The translations under genes were made by a program, and so were the position numbers. The notes beneath the pieces were generated by a model, which worked only from the letters and a program-made list of their open reading frames with translations, had not been told where the DNA came from and searched no databases. Shown piece by piece: positions 1-9,212 of a stretch of 64,000 bases of DNA (the stretch's first letter is position 1; the number at the start of each line of letters is the position of its first letter). Source of the stretch: a virus (lineage: Duplodnaviria; Caudoviricetes); IMG/VR virus record IMGVR_UViG_3300032295_002626, positions 4,837 through 68,836 of that record. One strand, 5' to 3'.

Positions 1-27
1 CTGGAAAGGAGTCATGTCATCTGACAT
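1..27 (-). CDS. 5' end of a minus-strand ORF running off the left edge (MSDDMTPFQ...)
   Basis: ATG at 27 with GAAAGGGA SD-like element upstream; only 9 codons visible. Confidence 0.4.
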
Positions 28-162
28 GATTTCCCTTTCTTCTTACTCGGGCGTGGGACTAACAACCCCACGGGCAATGCCGCTACAGCGACAGTTCACC
101 TACCCCCTGCGTGACCTATGCCTCGCATCGGATGGTACCCTACAGAAATGGTCTGTTAACCA

Positions 163-238
163 GACTAAAGCCTGAGCTCTAGTCATAAAAAAGAAAACCC
201 CTGAGAGCCGAAGCCCCCAGGGGAAATCTTTCTTTTGC
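163..238 (-). terminator. Intrinsic terminator plus CTAG-containing second hairpin (module copy 1)
   Basis: GC stem CCCC..GGGG flanked by AAAAAGAAA/TCTTTCTTTT, just downstream of the 260 stop. Confidence 0.75.
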
Positions 239-259
239 ATTAGTTATTTAACGTAAGTA

Positions 260-550
260 TTACTTAACGCAAATAACCGATGACTTAACTGCCATTTCCT
301 CAACTTTTACAAACAACTGACGATCATCTGAAAGTCTACCGTTGTTAAGCCAGTACTCAGCCAACTCTACAACACGCTCGTACTTCTTGGTAACAAGCTC
401 AATGTAAGGAAGTCCCTTTTCGTTCTTAACAGTGATACCCTGTCCTGTTTCTGCATTGCCGGCTAAAAGAGTAACTATCCAGTAGTATGTTTCTTCATCT
501 GCCATTTCTTGAGGAGAGTTAACTCTCTCTGATGAATTTATCGTTTTCAT
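260..550 (-). CDS. Hypothetical early protein (MKTINSS...)
   Basis: ORF track; start moved to ATG 550 behind AGGAGGGG SD. Confidence 0.7.
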   Translation of the reverse strand: MKTINSSERVNSPQEMADEETYYWIVTLLAGNAETGQGITVKNEKGLPYIELVTKKYERVVELAEYWLNNGRLSDDRQLFVKVEEMAVKSSVICVK

Positions 551-577
551 TATTATGGCCCCTCCTAGAGCCATTGA

Positions 578-656
578 CTAGTGGACTTTCCACTAGGCAT
601 AAAAAGAAAACCCCAGGATGGCAGAGGGTTACCATCCCGGGGAATCTTTCTTTTGC
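578..656 (-). terminator. Intrinsic terminator plus CTAGTGGA/TCCACTAG hairpin (module copy 2)
   Basis: Same architecture as 163-238; downstream of the 665 stop. Confidence 0.75.
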
Positions 657-664
657 TTACTTAA

Positions 665-1231
665 TTAGCAGTTTACTCCGTTAACCATAGCCCTTATCTT
701 CAGGCCATCATTTTGCAGAATAAACTGACGTACGTGTTCACTAACACGCTCATTGCCATGTGATTGCATGTACTTCCACGATGCAAGCTCTGACATCGTA
801 ACAATGTCTACACTGCCACGAGGACCAGATGCATGCATGAACCACACAACACGGTTGTAATTGTTAAGATACACGTAGTATCCACCATTGCTGAACAAGA
901 CCCTGTTGTCAACAGCTGCCTTTACAAGTTCATCAATTGACCAGTATAAGCTTTGTCCAGTGTGTACTGCCAAGTGGCTCAACTCTGATTCTGAAACACG
1001 CAAGAAAGCTTCAAGATTGCTTGCTGTTTTGTAACTGGTATGAGCAGTACCTTCGTATGTAGGTACTTCTTTTGCTGTTGCATACATGGTGTCAATAGCA
1101 ATCTTCTTGCCAGCTTCTTCTATGAACCACTGTGCACCATTACCGTGGTAATAACGCCCTTCTGTAGCTGCAGAAATAACCCGCATGAATAGATTGAATT
1201 GCTTATCTGTGATGATTGAGTTTGCTGAAAT
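665..1231 (-). CDS. Hypothetical early protein; probable ATT start at 1231 (or ATG 1186); contains an in-frame CGG at 1183-1181
   Basis: AAGGAGG lies 7 nt before an in-frame ATT, and the frame is open from there to 665. Confidence 0.7.
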   Translation of the reverse strand: MSANSIITDKQFNLFMRVISAATEGRYYHGNGAQWFIEEAGKKIAIDTMYATAKEVPTYEGTAHTSYKTASNLEAFLRVSESELSHLAVHTGQSLYWSIDELVKAAVDNRVLFSNGGYYVYLNNYNRVVWFMHASGPRGSVDIVTMSELASWKYMQSHGNERVSEHVRQFILQNDGLKIRAMVNGVNC

Positions 1232-1352
1232 AGCAATACCTCCTTATTACACTATTTATTATAGAGAGGTAGTGTCTCTCTGGTTACGTAGTTGTCCTGG
1301 GTAACCAATAACCAGGGGTCATGGACATTTAACGTCGATCCAATCAGACATA

Positions 1353-1420
1353 GCTAGATGTCTTATACCTAGCCATAAAAAAGAAAGCCCTCCCATGCAC
1401 TACCATGGAAGGGTCTTCTT
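1353..1420 (-). terminator. Intrinsic terminator plus GCTAG/CTAGC hairpin (module copy 3)
   Basis: Same architecture; downstream of the 1435 stop. Confidence 0.7.
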
Positions 1421-1434
1421 AGTTGATTAACTGA

Positions 1435-1731
1435 TTACTTGCGCTCTATAGCCCAAACACTCAGTAGCATGAATGCTGGCGCTATTGCAAACCAACATGC
1501 CAAGATAATAGCAATGCCCCAGTTATTAGCTGGGATAATGCCATCAAGTATTACTGGAGAGAATAATGCAGCAAACATGCCCAGTACTGCTACCAAGGCT
1601 ATTGTTGCATTAACTGTACCTTTTGCAGTTGCTATTACTGCGTAAAACGCATACACAATAGCACATACTGCAAATGCTACCATTCCTACTACTGTAAGGA
1701 ATACTAACCACTCAATGATTGATGTAAACAT
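1435..1731 (-). CDS. Small membrane protein (about 3 hydrophobic segments)
   Basis: Hydrophobic translation; AAGGAGGAG SD. Confidence 0.8.
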   Translation of the reverse strand: MFTSIIEWLVFLTVVGMVAFAVCAIVYAFYAVIATAKGTVNATIALVAVLGMFAALFSPVILDGIIPANNWGIAIILACWFAIAPAFMLLSVWAIERK

Positions 1732-2137
1732 GTCTCCTCCTTAAGGAACATGTAGTGGGATGTATTGGTAGGTGCATCCATATCACCTTTGTCTGTGTAG
1801 TGCCAGACTTACCATGTGATTAACAACCTCTTGGTAAACGGTTGACCCTTGTAAACAGAGGGGCGATGGGGTATACCCGGGTGGGCTCGTTAAAACCTTT
1901 GAGGCTCAACATATACCCACTATTACCCCCTTATATTTTTTCCTTATTTTTTAGGCCTATAGGTATTTTATATATGTTTATATAGGTTAGACATTAAAGA
2001 TTCGCCCGCAATAAAAAAGTTTGATCAGGAGTTGTTTTGGTTCATACAGGTGTGTATTATAAGTCAGTCGTTATATCGTAGAATGTACAAACATCCATAA
2101 CAACAATGCCTAATAAGGCGAAGGGAAAGATAAGAAT

Positions 2138-2356
2138 ATGTCAAGCTTTATAGATTGCCCATACTGTTCATCAGAAATCATAGTGTCAGAGGATATGTAT
2201 GATATGAATCTACGTTGTCCAGACTGCTTACAGTGGATTGGAGATGAGTTTGAAGATGCAGTCAGTATCAAAGCTTATTATGGAGCTTCAGTACAGATAG
2301 GCTCAAGCTATGACAATTACGATATGGATAACTACGAATATAGCTCAGACTTCTAA
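2138..2356 (+). CDS. Small zinc-ribbon protein
   Basis: CPYC...CPDC motifs, acidic tail, GGGA SD-like. Confidence 0.7.
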   Translation: MSSFIDCPYCSSEIIVSEDMYDMNLRCPDCLQWIGDEFEDAVSIKAYYGASVQIGSSYDNYDMDNYEYSSDF

Positions 2357-2374
2357 AAACCTATATAAAATAAT

Positions 2375-2414
2375 AAAAGACCCTTGTCCGTAGTGGATGG
2401 GGGTCTTTTTTTAT
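2375..2414. terminator. Bidirectional intrinsic terminator between convergent genes
   Basis: AAAAGACCC...GGGGTCTTTTTTT hairpin. Confidence 0.75.
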
Positions 2415-2459
2415 ATGTTTTTATATGTTAGATATTTTATATATCTTTATATATGTCTA

Positions 2460-2849
2460 TCAAAACATCCCAAAGGGATCCTCGTCATCATCTGGAAACT
2501 CCGTAGGGTCAACTACTAATATTCTTGATTTGTCGTCGGCCTCGATATCCTCAATGAGATCATTGATGTCTCTACCGGTTATTTCACATATACCGTTCAT
2601 CATCTCCCATTCCTCTGGCTCAAAGGCGGAGAATATAAGATTTCCATTCGCGTCGCTATGAATGGTAACAACTTTTTCTAGTTCTTCATTTTCGCCAATT
2701 GCAAATGAAGAAATACCATACTCATCGTAGTGGGGATCTTTAGACGTTACAAAGAACGAAAGAATCTTCCTAAAGACATGTTCATTCATAACGCCAATAG
2801 TAACTCCCAAAACAAGTCCTAGAAGCCCCCATAGATAGTTTTTCTTCAT
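2460..2849 (-). CDS. Hypothetical protein with N-terminal membrane anchor and acidic C-terminus
   Basis: ORF translation. Confidence 0.7.
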   Translation of the reverse strand: MKKNYLWGLLGLVLGVTIGVMNEHVFRKILSFFVTSKDPHYDEYGISSFAIGENEELEKVVTIHSDANGNLIFSAFEPEEWEMMNGICEITGRDINDLIEDIEADDKSRILVVDPTEFPDDDEDPFGMF

Positions 2850-2935
2850 ACTTACATAGTACCATAAGAACTAATATTATTAAAAATAAAAAAAATAATT
2901 CGCCGCGGATTTGGGGCGGGGGATCAAAGGAACCG

Positions 2936-3469
2936 TTATCTCTTATGAACAAAAGAAGACCACATGTATCTGTGTCTATCTATTAGGTTTGTAACTTGAT
3001 GTAACTCGCTTGAATCAAAGACAATCGCAGAACCAGCTGGAGGCTTGAGTGAGATATTGTGTTCCGGGAATTCCAATAAGCCCCCTTCATAATCGTCGTT
3101 GAGATAACCACATAATGTGTATTCAACTGACTTTATATTTCCGTCGTGATCATGGGTATAATCTTTATGGGCATCCATTCCGCTCATTGGATAGTTCCAC
3201 TTTCTTACATAGATATCAGGACCATCGTTATAATACAAAGTTTTATCAATATTGAGTTCATCCATATATTGGTCTAGGCATCTTTGATTGGCGGTGTTTA
3301 TTATTTCAGATAAATCTTTATTTTCTCTTATGAAAGTAAGTTCACCATTTCTTTCATTATTTGCTTTACCCCAAAATTGCCAATGAGCATTCTGCAAATG
3401 TACAAATATTTGATTTATATCTTCAAACAAATCTGTAAACAATAAAATATTTTTAGTTAATTTAATCAT
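2936..3469 (-). CDS. 2OG-Fe(II) oxygenase (prolyl 4-hydroxylase-like)
   Basis: HxD (AHKD), YLNDDYEGGLLEF, distal H (LHQV) and R (HRY). Confidence 0.85.
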   Translation of the reverse strand: MIKLTKNILLFTDLFEDINQIFVHLQNAHWQFWGKANNERNGELTFIRENKDLSEIINTANQRCLDQYMDELNIDKTLYYNDGPDIYVRKWNYPMSGMDAHKDYTHDHDGNIKSVEYTLCGYLNDDYEGGLLEFPEHNISLKPPAGSAIVFDSSELHQVTNLIDRHRYMWSSFVHKR

Positions 3470-4126
3470 TTAGAACGCTAATGCTTTCTCGATAAACAAA
3501 CTCAAGATCTTTTCGCTATACTCGTCTTGCAAACCGTCTACTGGGTGTGGAGCTTTGTTATGAGTCATGCTAGGGGTTAATTCACTTACTCCAAGGCATT
3601 CAAGTATTTCTGACTGATATATAAAATCAGTTATGCCGGCCTCGTACGCATATGTGCGAAGACTATCTAAAAACTTCTTGTTCTGTTCTAATCTTTGCTC
3701 ATAGGTGTAATATGGGCTGATCCCCTCATACTTGAGGAGCATCTCAGTAAACTGAGGAAGTGGCTCTATTATCACAATTCTAGAATGCTTGAAATTACTT
3801 GTTAGCTGCTGTATGTATTTTCTCGCTACAGCATCGGCGTTGTCGTAGTTGGATAGAAATGTTCTTACGTCCACATATCCAAACCATGAAAAAAGTATAC
3901 TTTCATCTTTTATATCCGAAAAAGGAATTACTCCGTCATCAGGGAACATCTGTGCTTCCTTACCTGAAGACAGCTCTCCTTCTTCGCGCATTGCCTTAAA
4001 ATCTAAGTCCCAAATCTTCTTCGCTGCCTTACCCCAAAAAATCATATTTACATCAGCTTCTTTTTGATCATAGTGTTCAGAAACCCTAGATAAGTGACAG
4101 TCTCCAATTAAATATATATTTTTCAT
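3470..4126 (-). CDS. Putative SGNH/GDSL-like hydrolase or acyltransferase
   Basis: N-terminal LIGDCH resembles block I, though the catalytic Ser position is Cys; weak. Confidence 0.4.
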   Translation of the reverse strand: MKNIYLIGDCHLSRVSEHYDQKEADVNMIFWGKAAKKIWDLDFKAMREEGELSSGKEAQMFPDDGVIPFSDIKDESILFSWFGYVDVRTFLSNYDNADAVARKYIQQLTSNFKHSRIVIIEPLPQFTEMLLKYEGISPYYTYEQRLEQNKKFLDSLRTYAYEAGITDFIYQSEILECLGVSELTPSMTHNKAPHPVDGLQDEYSEKILSLFIEKALAF

Positions 4127-4130
4127 TTTA

Positions 4131-4919
4131 TTAAATTACTCCACTGTTTTTTCTTGCTAGTTCATGTATAAGATGATATTGATCATCATTTCTATGGGTT
4201 CGTATCATTAGATCTGTTACGCCAATACTTTCTAGATATTTAATTCTTTCTATGACCTGCTGTTCTGTTCCAAAGATTGTCCATCTCTGTTGATGTGGTT
4301 GTTCAATCTCATCCATAACACGTTTTGCTTCTTCATAAGTATCTCTTATTATTAGAGCAGCAGATGCCATTCTATTTTTATTTCTACTAAACATTTGCGG
4401 ATTGTCAAGATAAGTATCCATCATACAAAGATTGTAATCAGCAAAGAGTGCAGCTGAATCAAGAGTTTTCTCTGAAATTCCAGACATTACAATTTCAGGT
4501 ATATCTTCTTTATCAAGCATAGATAAAACTTTCTTTACCCACATATGCGTGTAATCTACTCTTTTCTGAGTAGTGTCAAAGTATTCTTTACCTAAAATAA
4601 TGTCGTCTACTGACGATTCAGAATCATGGATATCGCCAGCTACTATATTAAACATCACTCTATCTTTTTGTATTTCATTAAATGATTTATACATCATAAC
4701 AAAATATTCTGGGCTAATAGAATAAGTCCTTATTGCAAGATGATACTTAAATTTATGTTTTGTATTTATTATATTTGCGCACTTTATCCAATTATCATTA
4801 GTTAATGAATGATAAACAAGTAAAATAGAATAATAATTACATGTATCAGCAATTTCTGAAATATCCCTCAGACCATCTAGGTTACTTTGACCATGGATAT
4901 GCATCCAGTGTAGTCTCAT
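4131..4919 (-). CDS. Luciferase-like (LLM class) flavin-dependent oxidoreductase
   Basis: LAIRTYSISP, RVMFNIVAGD and IFGTEQQVIERIKYLESIGVTDLM resemble the SsuD/LLM TIM-barrel pattern. Confidence 0.7.
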   Translation of the reverse strand: MRLHWMHIHGQSNLDGLRDISEIADTCNYYSILLVYHSLTNDNWIKCANIINTKHKFKYHLAIRTYSISPEYFVMMYKSFNEIQKDRVMFNIVAGDIHDSESSVDDIILGKEYFDTTQKRVDYTHMWVKKVLSMLDKEDIPEIVMSGISEKTLDSAALFADYNLCMMDTYLDNPQMFSRNKNRMASAALIIRDTYEEAKRVMDEIEQPHQQRWTIFGTEQQVIERIKYLESIGVTDLMIRTHRNDDQYHLIHELARKNSGVI

Positions 4920-4931
4920 TAGCTTAAACCC

Positions 4932-5822
4932 TTAATCTAGATCCCTATATCTTATTCCAGTTATTCCATTTTTCTTATCCTCCAAAACTGCTTCAGGCTC
5001 TTCCCAGACAAATCCATTCACTGGTCTAGTCCAGGTTTCCCATCTTGAATCGGGATGTCCCTTAATATATTCTATTTGATTTTGATATTCTGTAGTTTTG
5101 TAACTATAGAATGTACCCGGGTTAGTATGTGAAGGTATTACAAAATTAGAAAAAGCATATCGCACTCCGCTTGTAATTTCTTTCGTCCCATGGCAATAAT
5201 CACCATGTGCACCATGAATTATGAGGTCACCATTTCCTGGTTTAACGCGAAGCTCTTCACCTTTTTCTAAGGTGCTAAAGTTCCCTACATATTCTGCTTT
5301 GTTGTTGAAGTTTGGATAATAAACTTCTCCACCTTCAAATTCACCAAAGTACACAATCAAACCATAGTGCAGCCTACAACATGTATTCCACATGTCTGGG
5401 GATATCAAAACTTTTGATGCTATATCACAAGTGCCACAAATTGGTCCACAATCTTCATGTGGTTTTCCAGGAGCATCCGAATGATAATACATGCCTGGAT
5501 CACCAACTTTTGCTCTAAGCATAGAGAGTTGAGGATGCATCGATAGTTCTGGGTAAATCAACTCACTAGCTTGCTCCCAGACTTCATGTATTTCTGGAAT
5601 TGATTTAGTGAATCTTGAATAATACCAATCAACATTATGATCAACATTTGGACTATCTATGTGTTGTTCTAAAATAGTGTTTATTTTGTCTAATAAATCA
5701 CCTTTGATAAAATTCCTATAGATAAAAAGCTTTGGAGCTATCTGTTCTATGTTTGGATTTTTTCTAAAAGACTCTTGAAACATAGTCATATTATGCAAGC
5801 TGCTCTTTCCACTCATCTCCAC
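4932..5822 (-). CDS. 2OG-Fe(II) oxygenase
   Basis: YHSD, FEGGEVYYP, HGTKEITSGVRY; true start may be a few codons downstream. Confidence 0.85.
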   Translation of the reverse strand: MEMSGKSSLHNMTMFQESFRKNPNIEQIAPKLFIYRNFIKGDLLDKINTILEQHIDSPNVDHNVDWYYSRFTKSIPEIHEVWEQASELIYPELSMHPQLSMLRAKVGDPGMYYHSDAPGKPHEDCGPICGTCDIASKVLISPDMWNTCCRLHYGLIVYFGEFEGGEVYYPNFNNKAEYVGNFSTLEKGEELRVKPGNGDLIIHGAHGDYCHGTKEITSGVRYAFSNFVIPSHTNPGTFYSYKTTEYQNQIEYIKGHPDSRWETWTRPVNGFVWEEPEAVLEDKKNGITGIRYRDLD

Positions 5823-5939
5823 AGTCTCTGCATTTTACTGTGAAAACTTGTATTTCGTCTGTTTTCTTTGAAATACAATTTACTGCAAAGTTGGGTGGAT
5901 ACGAGCAGTCTGCACAAGTTGTTGGATTTAATTTCTCAT

Positions 5940-6902
5940 TCATGACTTTATTTGAGTAATAATATCTTCTCGTGTCTTAAGCTTCTCAATTGCGTTGTCT
6001 CTACCTTGAGCAAAGTTCTCACCCTGATAGTAAACCCATGCACCTTTTTGAGTAAAGATTTCCTTTTCAAGACCAATGTCATAAAGACATCCAAATTGAT
6101 CAACACCCTTGCCATAAAGAATATCAAACTCTACCATCTTAAGAGGTGGGGCCATTTTATTCTTAATTACTTTAGCTTTTACTTTGATGCCAACTGATAC
6201 GCCTTCTTTGTCTTTGATATCTTCCTTCTTGCGAAGATCGATTCTCACAGATGCAGCGTACTTCAAGGCCATTCCACCTGGAGTTGTTTCGGGATTACCG
6301 AACATAACGCCGATCTTATTACGAAGTTGATTAATAAACAATAGGAGCGTTTTATTCTCTGAGGCTAGTGCAACTAGCTTTCTCATCGCTTTGGCCATTA
6401 GACGAGCTTGTAGGCCCATCTGAGCGGCTTCCATTTCGCCTTCCAGCTCTGCTTTTGGAATCAAGGCAGCAACAGAGTCTATGACTACAACTCCGACCTC
6501 ACCAGTTCTTACTAAGCGATCAACAATCTCCAAAGCTTGTTCGCCATAATCAGGCTGAGAAAGAAGTAATGCATCAAGGTCAACACCCAATGATTGCATG
6601 TAGACAGGATCCAGTGCATGCTCCGCGTCAATGTATGCACACTTTAAACCAAGCTTCTGTGCTTCTGCAATAACTGACAATGCAACTGTTGACTTACCAG
6701 ATGATTCTGGGCCATAGATTTCAACTATACGGCCACGAGGCAATCCGCCATTACCAAGGATTCTATCTAATGTTGGTGCACCAGTTGGAACTGATGGCCA
6801 AGATTCTACTGTAAAATTACCAAGCTTCATAATAGAGCCTGATCCAAATTGTCTTTCGAGTTGTGCTATTGCCAACTCTAGTCCCTTCGATTCATTTGCC
6901 AT
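5940..6902 (-). CDS. recA: RecA recombinase
   Basis: GPESSGKST Walker A, IDAEHALD, VIDSVAAL, FINQLR.KIGVMFGNPETTPGG. Confidence 0.97.
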   Translation of the reverse strand: MANESKGLELAIAQLERQFGSGSIMKLGNFTVESWPSVPTGAPTLDRILGNGGLPRGRIVEIYGPESSGKSTVALSVIAEAQKLGLKCAYIDAEHALDPVYMQSLGVDLDALLLSQPDYGEQALEIVDRLVRTGEVGVVVIDSVAALIPKAELEGEMEAAQMGLQARLMAKAMRKLVALASENKTLLLFINQLRNKIGVMFGNPETTPGGMALKYAASVRIDLRKKEDIKDKEGVSVGIKVKAKVIKNKMAPPLKMVEFDILYGKGVDQFGCLYDIGLEKEIFTQKGAWVYYQGENFAQGRDNAIEKLKTREDIITQIKS

Positions 6903-6911
6903 TGTTTGTTA

Positions 6912-7139
6912 TTATCCTTTGTAAACTAGTTTATGTTTCTTAAGCAACTCACCAGCTGCTTTTTGGGTATCAGCAATCTTTTTATCAACCTGCTTTTCCA
7001 TGTATCTATATTCTACTCTAGATTGAACATCTGTGCCAAGTTGCACAATGCGCAGCTTTTCTTTTAATTTAAAAAGTTTTTTAATATACAGAATCTTTTT
7101 ATCAAACTGTTTTTGATAGTCAACTAGTGTGGTTTCCAT
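6912..7139 (-). CDS. Small basic hypothetical protein
   Basis: ORF with AGGAG SD. Confidence 0.65.
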   Translation of the reverse strand: METTLVDYQKQFDKKILYIKKLFKLKEKLRIVQLGTDVQSRVEYRYMEKQVDKKIADTQKAAGELLKKHKLVYKG

Positions 7140-7394
7140 ACAGTCTCCTGTGTTTGTTGGGTGATATAATTAATGGGCACAAGTATACATAGAACGGAAT
7201 ATCAATGCGACACAATACAGCAAAAAAAGAAGATTTTTATAGAGCAAAGTTTTTGCTTGAAATGAAGTTTAACACTGTTGATGATTTGATTAGGTTTTGG
7301 TCTTTTTGCGGACCCTGCATAGAAGATTGCCCATCGGTGGAAAAATATTCAAAGTGAATTTGACAAAGCAAAAAAAGTTTAGTAGACTGGGATT

Positions 7395-7500
7395 TTACCC
7401 CCTACCCCCTACCCCTATATATCTACATATATATATATTACTATTATATATATATACTATTATAATATATAATATATATAGAATCTTAAGTCTTAAAAAT
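7395..7500. repeat. CCCCTA repeats followed by an almost pure A/T (TA)n tract at the strand switch
   Basis: Seen directly: ccccctacccctacccctatatatctacatatatatatatta... Confidence 0.8.
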
Positions 7501-7514
7501 GGTTGGGAGAACGT

Positions 7515-8927
7515 ATGAAGATATATCAAATATACGTTCCAGATTTAAATGTGTATGTAAAATACAAAGTCTTGGAACCAGAGGAGATAGATCAGTTCGT
7601 TTCTCAAATAACAGCAAAGACTGAAAAAGATAGAAGAAGAAAAATTCTTCAGCATGTTATCTTTAACCTAAAAACGGATGTGTCAGCTGCATTAGGAATG
7701 ATGACTAGGTCAAATGCTGAAAGATGTATCGAAGCACTATACACTGGATGTGTAATGCTTAATCCTGGTTTGGATATAGATTACTGGATTGCTATCGCAT
7801 ATGCTTCAGCTCCAATAGAACCAGAATTAGATCTTGGTCAAAACTTTGACGAAATAAAAAGTATAATATCAAGATATAAAGATAAGCCATCATCTAAATC
7901 AAATAAACAAAAGCAGATTAAGAAAGTTCCAAAACAAAAGTTTATCGCGCTAGAACATTATCTTAAGAATAATATTATTGGCCAAGATGAAGCCATTGAG
8001 GCTGTATGTCATGCTTTGTTAAGATCTCAAGCAGATATGAACGATAGCAATAGACCTTTGGGGGTCTTCTTGTTGGCCGGCTCATCTGGAGTTGGAAAAA
8101 CCCATTTAGCAAAAACACTGCATAATTACTTATTTGATTCAGATAATCCAATGGTAAGAATTGATTGTGGCGAGTATCAACAAAAGCACGAAGGTGCAAA
8201 GTTAATTGGTTCACCACCTGGATATGTTGGCCATGACGAAGGTGGTCAATTGGTTAATCAGATTCAGAAGAACCCAAACTCAGTAGTGCTGATTGACGAG
8301 GTTGAGAAAGCTCATCCTGATATTTGGAATACATTCTTAACTATATTCGATGAAGGTGTTGTAACTGACGCAAAAGGTAATAAAGTTGATTTTAGGGGAA
8401 CAATTATTATTCTTACAACAAACTTAGGAAACGATAAAACAGTAGATCACTTAATTGGTACCGGTACTGGTTTTAATAAAAATGTTCATTACATGAATTC
8501 CACAACCGCTTTGCCGCCAAAGCATATTGTGGAAAAGCATACAATGGACGCAGTGAGAAAGTACTTTAAACCAGAAATGATTAACAGATTAGATAAGATA
8601 ATGGTCTTTAATCATTTGTCCAGACAAGATTGCGAAAAGATAGCTGAATTAGAAATGAAGGTAGTTTTAAATAAACTAACCAAAAAAGGTTTCTCCGCAG
8701 AGTATAATAATAATGTTATCAACGCCTTAATCGACAAGGGAATCGATTCAGTAAAGGGTGCAAGAGGTTTGGCGCAAATACGAAGAGATCAAATAGAAAC
8801 TGAGTTATCTAGGATTATTGTTCAAAGTACAATACCTAAGGGTACTATTTTTAATATCGATTATACTGAAGATGGCTTTAGTTTTAATTTAATTAAACCA
8901 TCTAAAAAAACTAAATTAGCAAAGTAG
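7515..8927 (+). CDS. ClpA/ClpB-family AAA+ ATPase (second nucleotide-binding domain only)
   Basis: GSSGVGKT Walker A, LIGSPPGYVGHDEGG, VLIDEVEKAH, GARGL. Confidence 0.92.
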   Translation: MKIYQIYVPDLNVYVKYKVLEPEEIDQFVSQITAKTEKDRRRKILQHVIFNLKTDVSAALGMMTRSNAERCIEALYTGCVMLNPGLDIDYWIAIAYASAPIEPELDLGQNFDEIKSIISRYKDKPSSKSNKQKQIKKVPKQKFIALEHYLKNNIIGQDEAIEAVCHALLRSQADMNDSNRPLGVFLLAGSSGVGKTHLAKTLHNYLFDSDNPMVRIDCGEYQQKHEGAKLIGSPPGYVGHDEGGQLVNQIQKNPNSVVLIDEVEKAHPDIWNTFLTIFDEGVVTDAKGNKVDFRGTIIILTTNLGNDKTVDHLIGTGTGFNKNVHYMNSTTALPPKHIVEKHTMDAVRKYFKPEMINRLDKIMVFNHLSRQDCEKIAELEMKVVLNKLTKKGFSAEYNNNVINALIDKGIDSVKGARGLAQIRRDQIETELSRIIVQSTIPKGTIFNIDYTEDGFSFNLIKPSKKTKLAK

Positions 8928-8937
8928 GTTATCTAAA

Positions 8938-9210
8938 ATGGCGTCGGTAAAACAAGGTGCAGCAGCAGGAAAAGCAGCAAGAAAAGCATTCGCCGGTAAT
9001 AGACAGGCACATGGTTTTTTTGGAGCAGTGGGCGCAATAGGTCGTAAAGCTGGCTCTAACCCCGGAACCAAAGCATTGGCTAGATCTGGAAAAATAAGAT
9101 CTGCAGCTGTTGTTGGTGGTATGGCAGGCATTAGTGCAATGGGAACAAGAAGAGGAAGTGGAACTGGAAAAAGAACTCCCGGAAGACCAACTGGAATGTA
9201 CGGGTACTAA
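8938..9210 (+). CDS. Small basic Gly/Ala/Arg-rich protein
   Basis: ORF, operon spacing. Confidence 0.7.
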   Translation: MASVKQGAAAGKAARKAFAGNRQAHGFFGAVGAIGRKAGSNPGTKALARSGKIRSAAVVGGMAGISAMGTRRGSGTGKRTPGRPTGMYGY

Positions 9211-9212
9211 AT

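Noticed and set aside
44-180. tRNA or known ncRNA in the hairpin-rich gap
   Set aside because: Short stems are present but I could not fold a cloverleaf or recognise a family. No tRNA was recognised anywhere in the window; tRNAscan-SE/Infernal would be decisive.
7297-7518. 73-aa ORF across the AT tract
   Set aside because: Low-complexity I/Y translation of a non-coding TA repeat.
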